NCBI RefSeq assembly: GCF_048957715.1
Contig: NZ_JARVXN010000014.1
Span: forward strand, 64,476 to 88,475
Source of the DNA: Mitsuaria sp. CC2
Lineage (GTDB): Bacteria > Pseudomonadota > Gammaproteobacteria > Burkholderiales > Burkholderiaceae_C
Length of the DNA: 24,000 nucleotides
Reading direction: 5' to 3'
Part shown: piece after piece, positions 8,878 to 16,525 of the stretch
Layout of the letters: the number at the start of each line of letters is the position of its first letter
Position numbering within the stretch: position 1 is the first letter of the stretch
The notes under the pieces: generated by a model
Seen by the model: only the letters and a program-made list of their open reading frames with translations
Database searches by the model: none
Told to the model about the DNA's origin: nothing
Made by a program: the position numbers and the translations under genes

Positions 8878-8912
8878 AGGGACGGATTCTATTTCACCGA
8901 CACTCGCTCTCC

Positions 8913-10379
8913 ATGAACGCCCTTGTCTGGTTCCGGCGCGATCTGCGCGCGGACGACCACGCCGCCCTCTTCCACGCCCTGAAGCACCACGAACGCGTGT
9001 TCTGCGCCTTCGTGCTGGACACGGACATCCTCGACGCGTTGCCGCGCGCGGACCGCCGCGTGGAATTCATCCTCGACGCCCTGCGCGTGCTCGACGCGGA
9101 TCTGGCGGCGCTGGCGCCAGGCGCCGGGCTGATCGTGCGCCACGGCGCCGCGCGGGAGCAGATGCCCGCCCTGGCGGCTGAACTGGGCGTGGACACGCTC
9201 TACTTCAACCACGACGACGAGCCGGACGCCCTGCGCCGCGACGCCGACGTGGGCGGAACGCTGCTCGCACGCGGCGTGCAGGTGGAGAGCTTCAAGGACC
9301 ACGTGGTCTTCGAGCGCTCGGAGATCCTGACCGGTTCACGCAAGCCCTACGGCGTCTTCACGCCCTACAAGAACGCGTGGTTGCGGGAGATCAATCCCTT
9401 CTTCCTCAGCAGCTATCCGGTCGAGCGTTACGCGTCGCATCTGGCGAAGGCCCCGCAACGGGGCGTTCCGGCGCTGGGCGACATCGGGTTCGAACCGGCC
9501 GGTCTCGCCGCTGCGCTGACCGGCGGCAGCGCGGGCGCCCAGCGGCTGTTCGACGAGTTCCTCGAGCGCATCGACCGCTACGGCGACACGCGCGATTTCC
9601 CGGCCGCCAAGGGTCCCAGCTACCTCAGCACGCACCTGCGCTTCGGGACGATCTCGATCCGCCGCCTGGCGCGCGAAGCCTGGGCGCGCGCCTACGCCCC
9701 GACGCGCGGCAGGACCGCGAGCGCGGGCGCGCAGATCTGGCTGTCGGAGCTGATCTGGCGCGATTTCTACCACCAGGTCCTGCATCACCATCCGCATGTC
9801 GTCGGCGGTGCGTTCCGGCCCGAATACGACCGCATCGCCTGGGCCGACGGCCCCGACGCGGATGCGGACTTCGAGGCCTGGTGCCAGGGCCGCACCGGTT
9901 ATCCGCTGGTCGACGCCGCCATGCACCAGATCAACGAGACCGGCTACATGCACAACCGGCTGCGCATGGTGACGGCCAGCTTCCTGATCAAGGACCTCGG
10001 CATCGACTGGCGTCGCGGCGAGGCCTACTTCGCCGAGAAGCTGATCGACTTCGACCTCGCCGCCAACAATGGCGGCTGGCAATGGGCCTCCTCCAGCGGC
10101 TGTGACGCGCAGCCCTACTTCCGCATCTTCAATCCGGTCAACCAGAGCGAGAAGTTCGATCCCGACGGCAAGTTCATCAAGCGCTACCTGCCGCAGCTCG
10201 CGAAGCTGCCGCCCAAGCTGATCCACGCGCCGTGGCTGGCGAAGCCGGAGGCGCTCGCGGCCTGCGGCGTGGTGCTGGGCCGCGACTATCCGGAACCGGT
10301 CGTGCGCCATGAGACGGCGCGCATGGCGACGATGGCGCGCTATGCCGTCGTCAAGGACCGGACCTTCCCCGACGCGTGA
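8913..10379 (+). CDS. phrB: Deoxyribodipyrimidine photolyase (class I CPD photolyase / cryptochrome family)
   Basis: It has the N-terminal LVWFRRDLRADDH motif and the FAD-binding region TGYPLVDAAMHQINETGYMHNRLRMVTASFLIKDL followed by GGWQWASSSGCDAQPYFRIFNP. The protein is 488 aa. Confidence 0.92.
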   Translation: MNALVWFRRDLRADDHAALFHALKHHERVFCAFVLDTDILDALPRADRRVEFILDALRVLDADLAALAPGAGLIVRHGAAREQMPALAAELGVDTLYFNHDDEPDALRRDADVGGTLLARGVQVESFKDHVVFERSEILTGSRKPYGVFTPYKNAWLREINPFFLSSYPVERYASHLAKAPQRGVPALGDIGFEPAGLAAALTGGSAGAQRLFDEFLERIDRYGDTRDFPAAKGPSYLSTHLRFGTISIRRLAREAWARAYAPTRGRTASAGAQIWLSELIWRDFYHQVLHHHPHVVGGAFRPEYDRIAWADGPDADADFEAWCQGRTGYPLVDAAMHQINETGYMHNRLRMVTASFLIKDLGIDWRRGEAYFAEKLIDFDLAANNGGWQWASSSGCDAQPYFRIFNPVNQSEKFDPDGKFIKRYLPQLAKLPPKLIHAPWLAKPEALAACGVVLGRDYPEPVVRHETARMATMARYAVVKDRTFPDA

Positions 10380-10433
10380 GCGTCAGCGGCGCGCGAACGC
10401 GCACGGCCACTGTGTGCACCCTGTGCCTGCCCA

Positions 10434-10961
10434 TCACTGGTACGTGAGCGTCACGCTGACGGCATCGATGTAGGGGCCGCCGGGGGGCACCGTGGTCTGG
10501 CGACCCGGAATGCGCGCATAGACGGTGTAGACCAGCCCTGGCGACAGCCCCAGCGCATCGAGCAGCAGACTGCCGCCGACCATCGTGCCGGTGGTGCCGT
10601 CGCCCCACACCGTCGTATAGGTGTTGTCGATGTAGAGGTTGTAGTTGAGCGCGTTCGCGCCGAATGCCAGGCGGCGACTGGAGATGCTCGGACCGCCGCC
10701 CTTGTCGAAGGCGACCGTGAACGGGACCAGCAAGCCCGCGACGCCGCCGCACTTCACCGTGACCGTGCCGGTCGAATCGGTGTTGCCGTAGGCCAGCGGG
10801 TTGTAGTTGGCGAACAGCACCGACGTCGTCGTGACGGTGCACGAGCACAAGCCCTGGATGCACAGCGCGTGCGCCGAGGGCGCCGCGCCGGTCAGCATCA
10901 GCCAGGGCAGAAGCCGAAGCAGGCTTGGCCGGCGTGACCGTCGGAAGGGTTTGGCGTTCAT
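10434..10961 (-). CDS. Spore-coat-U (SCPU) domain pilus subunit, last gene of the chaperone-usher operon (candidate tip/initiator subunit), 175 aa
   Basis: Signal peptide ending SAHA. The SCPU-type core is C-TVTTTSVLFANYNP...VKCGG...LNYNLYID...WGDG...VTLTY. An ATGA overlap joins it to the usher stop. Confidence 0.8.
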   Translation of the reverse strand: MNAKPFRRSRRPSLLRLLPWLMLTGAAPSAHALCIQGLCSCTVTTTSVLFANYNPLAYGNTDSTGTVTVKCGGVAGLLVPFTVAFDKGGGPSISSRRLAFGANALNYNLYIDNTYTTVWGDGTTGTMVGGSLLLDALGLSPGLVYTVYARIPGRQTTVPPGGPYIDAVSVTLTYQ

Positions 10962-13483
10962 CGCGACTCCTTTCGGGCGTTCGTGTCAGAGGTCTCTGCC
11001 GGGACAGACGCTGCGGGCGCGCCCGCCTTGGGCGGCGCACCGGTCGACCAGGCCGTGATCCTGCGGCACACCACGGTACCGAGATCCGGCAGTTCCGTCA
11101 CCTGCGCCGGCAGCTTCAGCTCGATGCGGCACGGCGTGCCGTCCTCGCGCCGTGCCAGCACGTCGCCGATCGCGCCGCCACCGTCGGGCAGCCCCGTCAC
11201 GAACGCCCGACCGTCCAGGCCCATCGGGAATGTGCGCTTCGATCCGGCGACCTGCAAATCGGTCCCCGGCGGCAGCGGCTCGCCGGCCTCGTCGACGACG
11301 CGGAAGGTCGCGGTGCGGCTGTGCACGATCGGGAACCGGATGAGCGCCGCGCTGCGCGCCGCCGGCATGACCTGCAGCTCCAGCGCCTCGATCTCCGAAT
11401 CCAGCGGCAGATCGTCGGCGACCACGCCGACGCGGTTCACCTGATAGCCCCGCAGCGCCGGCAGGAACGCCCGCCCCTTGCCATCGGTGCGCGCGACCGG
11501 CTGGTTGTCGTGGAGGATGCGGACGTTCGCCTGGTTGTCGACCTGCACGACGGCGAAGCCCCCGTCGATGCGACGGCTCGCATAAGCGCCGCCGTCGATG
11601 TACGCCAGCCCGCCGCTCGCGCCGAGCCTCACGTCGGTGTTGCCCGACATCCGCGAGACGCCGCCGTCCAGCGCCACCACGTTGGTCTGCCACTGCGCCT
11701 GCGCCTGCTGCCGGCCGTGCGACTCCGTCAGCAGCTGGTAACCGAGGCCTTCGCCGACCGGCGGGTTGCTCTGCAACTGGACCTGCCAGAGATCCCGCGC
11801 CTGCTGCCCGCCGCCGCGCTGGCCCTGCCAGGCCGTCGACAGGCTCTTGTTCCCGTCGAGCAGCAGGCTCCAGAAGACCGAGATCGCCGTGCCGCCGCCG
11901 TTGCCCGCCTTCAGCGCGGACAGGCCGAAGAAACCCCAGCCGGCGAGGCTGCGGCTGGCGTTGAAGGACCAGAGCTTGTTGGCCACCTGCAGCTGCCCCT
12001 GGGGCGCGGGCCGCTGCGGCGCCCCCTGGTTCACGAGTCCGATGCCCAAGCCCCACTGCTTCCAGGAGGTCCCCACCGACGCCGAGACGCTCCACTTCGG
12101 CAGCACCGCGTTGCCGAGCTGCGTGAAGCCCGCCGTGGCGCGCTTGACCTGCACGCCGCCGCTCCAGTCCATGCCCTGGCGTTCGACACCCAGCGTCGCG
12201 AGCGCGCCGCGGCGCGCCTCGGGATCGTCGCTGCGGCTGGCCACGCCCGCTACGCTCACCGTGCCCAGGGCGGGGAACAGCCACAACCCCGTCGCGCCGA
12301 GCGCCTGCTGGCGCTGCGTGAGCTCTCCGCGCCATTCCTGCGTGAAACCGGAGGTGAGCCCGTTGCGCCAGGTGCCGGCCAGCACCGCGCGGCCGTAGCG
12401 GTTGCTGTCGATCCCGTAGTTCAGCCGCAGCCATCCGGCCTCGACGCTGTAGGCCGAGAGTCCCGGCTTCAGCAGCGACGGGCTGATGTAGTAAGGCTGC
12501 ACGACGATCTGCTCGCGGCCGAGCAGGTCCCGCACCACGGTGCGGATCTCCCCCTGGCCGGTGACCAGCGGGAGATCGCTGATGTCGAAAGGGCCGGGCT
12601 GCACGCGCCCTTGCAGGCGTTGGCTGTTGTTGACGAAAACGTCCACCGTCGATGGCAGCGATGCCTCGCCGCGCAGGGTCGGGAGCGGGAAGCTCAGGAA
12701 TCCGGGCCGCAGCGAGAAGTCGGTGCTCCACTGCACGCCGCCGAAGCGCATCGCCTGGCCCCAGGTGCCCGGCTGCGCGATGCCGTCTCCGAGCCGCCAG
12801 CTGGTCAGGTGCTCGGGACGGTCGATGGTCCAGCGCGTATCCAGGCGCACCCAGCCGCCGCCCGTGCCGCTGCGATACAGCTGCTGGTGGTTGAGGTCGC
12901 CGCGCGGCGTCAGCACGCCGAGTTCGGTCACGCCGTCGACGTTGCCGTCACCGCTGAGGCGCTTCTGCCATTGCACGTCGTAATTGGCGAAGATCCCGAA
13001 GGTCGACGGCAAGGTCACCTGCGTGGCGGAACGCGCCACCTCGACCTGCTGGTCGGAGAACGCCTGCGGCGGCGCGTCGATCTCGAGCGTCTGGCTGAGT
13101 TCCTCGACACGCCAGCGCATCAGTTCGCCGGGGCCTTCGCCGAGGATCATGTGGAGCTCGCCGTCGATCATCCGCGGCGGCAGCGCCGGCGGCCGGAACT
13201 TGAACTCGGTCCAGAGCGCCTGCGGGATGGCGACGCCCTCGGGAACGCGCACCGCGCGCACCGTCTGCGGCTGCGGGATGCCGTTGATCTTCAAGCCCAG
13301 CAGCAGGGTCTCGCCGAAGCGTGGGGCCTGGCCCAGCGCCTGCGCCGGGTCGGAAGCGGGCAACGACGGCGGCAGGGACGAGGGCGACGGCGGCGCAGGC
13401 GGCGGCTGCTGGGCCTGCGCCGCGGCGGTCATGCACAGGCAGACCGCCGCCGGCAGCAGGCCGGATTCACTTGCCCGCCGCAC
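10958..13483 (-). CDS. Fimbrial outer-membrane usher protein, 841 aa
   Basis: It has a signal peptide, the size and beta-rich Gly/Ser/Thr/Trp composition of ushers, and the N-terminal LLLGLKINGIP... motif region. It sits between a PapD-like chaperone gene and a pilin gene, and it overlaps the chaperone stop by 17 nt. Confidence 0.85.
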   Translation of the reverse strand: MRRASESGLLPAAVCLCMTAAAQAQQPPPAPPSPSSLPPSLPASDPAQALGQAPRFGETLLLGLKINGIPQPQTVRAVRVPEGVAIPQALWTEFKFRPPALPPRMIDGELHMILGEGPGELMRWRVEELSQTLEIDAPPQAFSDQQVEVARSATQVTLPSTFGIFANYDVQWQKRLSGDGNVDGVTELGVLTPRGDLNHQQLYRSGTGGGWVRLDTRWTIDRPEHLTSWRLGDGIAQPGTWGQAMRFGGVQWSTDFSLRPGFLSFPLPTLRGEASLPSTVDVFVNNSQRLQGRVQPGPFDISDLPLVTGQGEIRTVVRDLLGREQIVVQPYYISPSLLKPGLSAYSVEAGWLRLNYGIDSNRYGRAVLAGTWRNGLTSGFTQEWRGELTQRQQALGATGLWLFPALGTVSVAGVASRSDDPEARRGALATLGVERQGMDWSGGVQVKRATAGFTQLGNAVLPKWSVSASVGTSWKQWGLGIGLVNQGAPQRPAPQGQLQVANKLWSFNASRSLAGWGFFGLSALKAGNGGGTAISVFWSLLLDGNKSLSTAWQGQRGGGQQARDLWQVQLQSNPPVGEGLGYQLLTESHGRQQAQAQWQTNVVALDGGVSRMSGNTDVRLGASGGLAYIDGGAYASRRIDGGFAVVQVDNQANVRILHDNQPVARTDGKGRAFLPALRGYQVNRVGVVADDLPLDSEIEALELQVMPAARSAALIRFPIVHSRTATFRVVDEAGEPLPPGTDLQVAGSKRTFPMGLDGRAFVTGLPDGGGAIGDVLARREDGTPCRIELKLPAQVTELPDLGTVVCRRITAWSTGAPPKAGAPAASVPAETSDTNARKESR

Positions 13484-14225
13484 CGGCCGAGACCTGCTGC
13501 AGCCCCTGGTCCGTCATGACCTGCAGATTGCCGGGCGGGCCGGCGGGCGTGGGGATGCGGTAGCTGCGCTGCTCGCCGGGGAACACGACACTTTGCGCGC
13601 CCGGCACCGCCATGGACTTCACCTCGCCGTTGGCGCTGGTGACGCGCAGTTCGCTGACCTTCACATGGACGTTGCCGGCGTTGGTCACCGTCGCCACGGT
13701 TTCGCCGCTGCTGGCACGCTGGACGCTCCAGCTCGAGTCCCGCCGCACCTGGTTGGGCGCCACGTAGACCGGCACCCGCAACGCCACCAGCACGCGCACC
13801 GCGCCGGTCACCTGCGTGTCGCCGCCCTGACGCGCCACCGGTACCTCGCGCAGCACCATGCGGTAGGTGGCCTCCTGCTGCAGGTCCGGCGGGCGGCGCA
13901 GGCCCACGCGCAAGACCTGGACCTGTCCGGCCTGCAGCGTGAAGATCGGCGGGTTCACCAGCAGGTCCGTCGTCGGACCGTCGACGTCCTGGCCGTTCTC
14001 CCGCGTCCAGCGGATGCCCTCGGCCTGCATCGTCACCGGCTCGGTGCCGTTGTTCTGGACCTGCACCGTCGCCCGGTCGTTCGCGCGGTCCAGCCGCACG
14101 TTGACGGGCATGATGCTGACGTCGGCGGCACGAGCCGCCGGCATCGCCAGCAGCACCACCACGAATACCGCCAGCACTGCCGTCATGCCCGGGACGGCGG
14201 CCAGCCCACGTCGGATCGTGTTCAT
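13467..14225 (-). CDS. Periplasmic pilus chaperone (PapD-like), 252 aa
   Basis: The signal peptide ends PAARA and is followed by DVSIMPVNVRLDRANDRATVQVQNNGTEPV, the typical first strands of PapD-like chaperones. A GGAGAG RBS lies upstream. Confidence 0.85.
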   Translation of the reverse strand: MNTIRRGLAAVPGMTAVLAVFVVVLLAMPAARAADVSIMPVNVRLDRANDRATVQVQNNGTEPVTMQAEGIRWTRENGQDVDGPTTDLLVNPPIFTLQAGQVQVLRVGLRRPPDLQQEATYRMVLREVPVARQGGDTQVTGAVRVLVALRVPVYVAPNQVRRDSSWSVQRASSGETVATVTNAGNVHVKVSELRVTSANGEVKSMAVPGAQSVVFPGEQRSYRIPTPAGPPGNLQVMTDQGLQQVSAGAAGK

Positions 14226-14303
14226 CGGTTTCTCTCCTGTCGTCTTGTCGTCCGATGTCCCCCCAGGCGTTCCGGCCGCCCGCAGCCGTCCTCTCCCTTG
14301 TGC

Positions 14304-14319
14304 GCCGCCCGCAGGCGGC
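14304..14319 (-). terminator. Stem-loop just downstream of the major pilin gene (candidate partial terminator / stoichiometry-setting attenuator)
   Basis: GCCGCC-CGCA-GGCGGC forms a perfect 6-bp stem starting 12 nt after the pilin stop at 14332-14334. The left arm is part of an 11-nt direct repeat, GCCGCCCGCAG, at 14275-14285 and 14304-14314. Confidence 0.35.
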
Positions 14320-14331
14320 TGGCGATCGCCT

Positions 14332-14835
14332 TCAGTAGGACACCGTCACGGTGACCGTGTCCGTGTACGCCCCGGGCACCGCGCCAGTCAGCGAGGGCAC
14401 CTGGCCATAGATGGTGACGCTCTGAATGCCCCCCGTCCCCGTGCCGCTGTAGACGGTGCTGCCGCCGGTGCTGTTGCCCCAGACGGAGGTCCGCCCCGCG
14501 TCGACGTAGAGCTGGTAGCCGAGCGAGTAGGCGCCGTTGATCATCTTGCGGGCGGCGAAGTTGGCCGCACCGCCGGCGTTGCTCCCGGCGCTGAGGGCGA
14601 CGGTATAGGCCGTGGTGGCCGTGCATTCGATGGTCAGCGTCGAAGTGCCGTTCACCGGCCCAGCGCCGATCGGGTTGATGGCGGAGCCGAAGGCCAGCGT
14701 CGAGCCCGACACATTGCAGGCGGACGACACCGTCGTCTGCGACGTGAGCGTGTTGGTCGCCGTGCCGCCGCGCGCAACGCCGATCAGGCCGACGAGCGCG
14801 GCCGTGATCAGGAGTAGCGGGAGGCTTCTCCGCAT
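14332..14835 (-). CDS. Spore-coat-U (SCPU) domain pilin, probable major subunit of an archaic (Csu-type) chaperone-usher pilus, 167 aa
   Basis: It has a signal peptide (MRRSLPLLLITAALVGLIGVARG) and a 16-residue Thr/Ser-rich N-terminal extension before the first Cys. The SCPU-type core is CNVSGSTLAFGSAINP...IECTA...YQLYVD...WGN...VTVSY. It is the first structural gene of the operon. Confidence 0.85.
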   Translation of the reverse strand: MRRSLPLLLITAALVGLIGVARGGTATNTLTSQTTVSSACNVSGSTLAFGSAINPIGAGPVNGTSTLTIECTATTAYTVALSAGSNAGGAANFAARKMINGAYSLGYQLYVDAGRTSVWGNSTGGSTVYSGTGTGGIQSVTIYGQVPSLTGAVPGAYTDTVTVTVSY

Positions 14836-14846
14836 CCGTGTCCCCG

Positions 14847-15731
14847 TCAGTGCACCACGGCGCTGCCCCTTTCGGGCAGCCGCGTGCCATGCGCCCGGGC
14901 CTCCGCAAGGACGAGAAGGCCGCGCGCGGAGATCGCGTCGCGGGGATAGACGGCCAGGCCGACATGGCTGTCCAGCCGCACCTCATGACCGCCCAGATCG
15001 AAGGGGTCGGCCAGCGATTCGCGGATGCGGTCCGTCAGCGCTTCCGCCTCCTGCACCGAACCGGCGCGCGAGACGACCAGCGCGAACTGCTCGGTGGCAT
15101 GCCGGGCCAGCAGATCGGCCGGGCCGGCGCAGCCCGACATCCGCCGGCCGATCTCCACCAGCACCGGTGCCGCGCCTGAAACGCCCTGGCTGCGCAGCAG
15201 CGCCTCCAGCCCCTTCAGCACGACCACCGTGACGGCCACCTTGCCGGCCTCAGCATTGACCAGTCGCAGGACCTGATCGAGGCGTTCGAGCAAGGCGACC
15301 TGCCCCAGCAACCCGGTCTCGGCATCGCGCAGCAGCGGCGACGGCCGCTGCTGCCGACCGCCGACGAGTTCGCTCTGCATCAGTTCCTCCAGGTCGCCGA
15401 ACAGCGTCTCCATGCCGGAGGCCTTGTCGTAGAAGCCGTCGGCGCCGGCCTGCATGCACATGTCGCGGTAGGCGTCCATCGCGTGATGCGTGAGCATCAG
15501 GATGCGTCCCCGATACCCCTTTCGGCGCAGGGCGCGCAGCACGTCGATGCCGGTCCCCACCAGCAGCGTCATGTCCAGCAGCACCGTGTCCGGCTGCAGC
15601 CAGTCGATCAGCGCGATCGCCTGCGGCGCGGAGTCGGCCTCTCCCACGACGCGCGCGCCGGCCATGTCCTCGAGCCGGCGTGCCAGGAGACGGCGGATGG
15701 CCGACGAGTCCTCGACGAGAAAGATGTCCAT
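14847..15731 (-). CDS. Response-regulator receiver domain fused to a degenerate (probably catalytically dead) GGDEF domain, 294 aa
   Basis: The REC domain shows MDIFLVEDSS...TVLLDMTL...GFYDKA. The GGDEF-like C-terminus shows DAETGLLGQVALLERL... and ARHATEQFALVV where RxGGDEF is expected. I place the start at ATG 15731, with GGAG upstream. The 46-codon upstream extension in the track is unlikely to be coding. Confidence 0.8.
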   Translation of the reverse strand: MDIFLVEDSSAIRRLLARRLEDMAGARVVGEADSAPQAIALIDWLQPDTVLLDMTLLVGTGIDVLRALRRKGYRGRILMLTHHAMDAYRDMCMQAGADGFYDKASGMETLFGDLEELMQSELVGGRQQRPSPLLRDAETGLLGQVALLERLDQVLRLVNAEAGKVAVTVVVLKGLEALLRSQGVSGAAPVLVEIGRRMSGCAGPADLLARHATEQFALVVSRAGSVQEAEALTDRIRESLADPFDLGGHEVRLDSHVGLAVYPRDAISARGLLVLAEARAHGTRLPERGSAVVH

Positions 15732-15752
15732 GAAGCAGTACTCCGGAGCGAT

Positions 15753-15773
15753 GCGGTGACTGGTTGTCACCGC
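15753..15773. promoter_or_regulatory. 21-bp palindrome GCGGTGAC-N5-GTCACCGC upstream of the REC-GGDEF-like/pilus operon (candidate operator for an HTH dimer, or a 5' UTR hairpin)
   Basis: It has perfect 8-bp arms, read directly from the sequence. It lies 22-42 nt upstream of the ATG at 15731 and 5' of the GGAG SD. The adjacent gene encodes a LuxR/NarL-type HTH regulator. Confidence 0.35.
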
Positions 15774-15886
15774 CTGTCCGGCATCTTGCGCGCGCCCTCG
15801 CGCCCACATCAGCGGCACCCCGCCCAAGCTGATGTCGGGTTCCCTCCGCAGGGTTTGTCGGGCGATCACCTACGTCCTCCGCGGGG

Positions 15887-16525
15887 TCACTGGATGTCCG
15901 TGAGACCGTGCTGGACGCAGTACTTCGTCAGCTCGGTGTTGTTGCGCCAGCCTGTCTTCTCGAGGATGCGCGCCCGGTAGGTGCCGACCGTCTTGGCCGA
16001 CAGGTGCATGGTGTCGGCGATCTCGGCCGGCGTCTTGCCGGCGGCGATCAGCAGCATCACGCGGTGCTCCTGCGCCGACAGCTGCTCGTGGGGCAACTGG
16101 CCCGGCGTGGCCCCGCTCAGCAGACCCAGCAGATGGTCCGCCATCGCCGCGGTGACGTAGCGCCCCCCCTGCAGCAGCCGTTGCAAGGCGACGACCAGTT
16201 CGTCGGTCGCCTTGTCCTTGGGCAGATAACCGGACACGCCCATCTGCAGCAGCCGCGCCGCATAGGCGGACTCCGCATTGAGGCTCAGCACCAGCACGGG
16301 CACGCCCTTGATCGCCCGCAGCATGCGGCTCGCGCCCTCGGTCCCGCTCGCGTCGGGCAAGGACAGGTCCAGCACCAGCGCGTCCGGCTTGTGCGCCTGA
16401 CCGAGTTGCAGCCCCTCGGCGATGGTCGACGCTTCGTCGATCACCGCCTGCGGCCAGTAACCCTGGATCAACTGCTTGACCCCGAGCCGCATGATCGGAT
16501 GGTCGTCAACGATCAGAAATCTCAT
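15887..16525 (-). CDS. NarL/FixJ (LuxR-type HTH) family response regulator, 212 aa
   Basis: The REC domain shows MRFLIVDDHPIMRLG...DALVLDLSLPD...GYLPKDK. The GerE/LuxR HTH shows LSAQEHRVMLLIAAGKTPAEIADTMHLSAKTVGTYRARILEKTG. The start ATG at 16525 overlaps the kinase stop by 20 nt. Confidence 0.9.
   Translation of the reverse strand: MRFLIVDDHPIMRLGVKQLIQGYWPQAVIDEASTIAEGLQLGQAHKPDALVLDLSLPDASGTEGASRMLRAIKGVPVLVLSLNAESAYAARLLQMGVSGYLPKDKATDELVVALQRLLQGGRYVTAAMADHLLGLLSGATPGQLPHEQLSAQEHRVMLLIAAGKTPAEIADTMHLSAKTVGTYRARILEKTGWRNNTELTKYCVQHGLTDIQ

Noticed and set aside
10925-13519. 864-aa plus-strand ORF, the longest on that strand. The related long ORFs at 10986-12731 (-), 12984-14354 (+) and 13867-14817 (+) belong to the same case.
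   Set aside because: These ORFs lie antisense to, or out of frame with, the usher, chaperone and pilin genes, which have clear family signatures. Their translations are Arg/Ala/Pro/Gly-rich low-complexity strings, the typical artefact of stop-codon-poor alternative frames in very GC-rich DNA.
15732-15886. Possible c-di-GMP riboswitch (GEMM-type) in front of the pseudo-GGDEF/pilus operon, or in the 17952-18303 leader, considered because of the c-di-GMP gene context.
   Set aside because: I could not recognise the conserved GEMM-I or GEMM-II core sequences or the tetraloop-receptor architecture by eye. Only generic GC hairpins are present. A covariance-model scan would be needed to exclude it formally.
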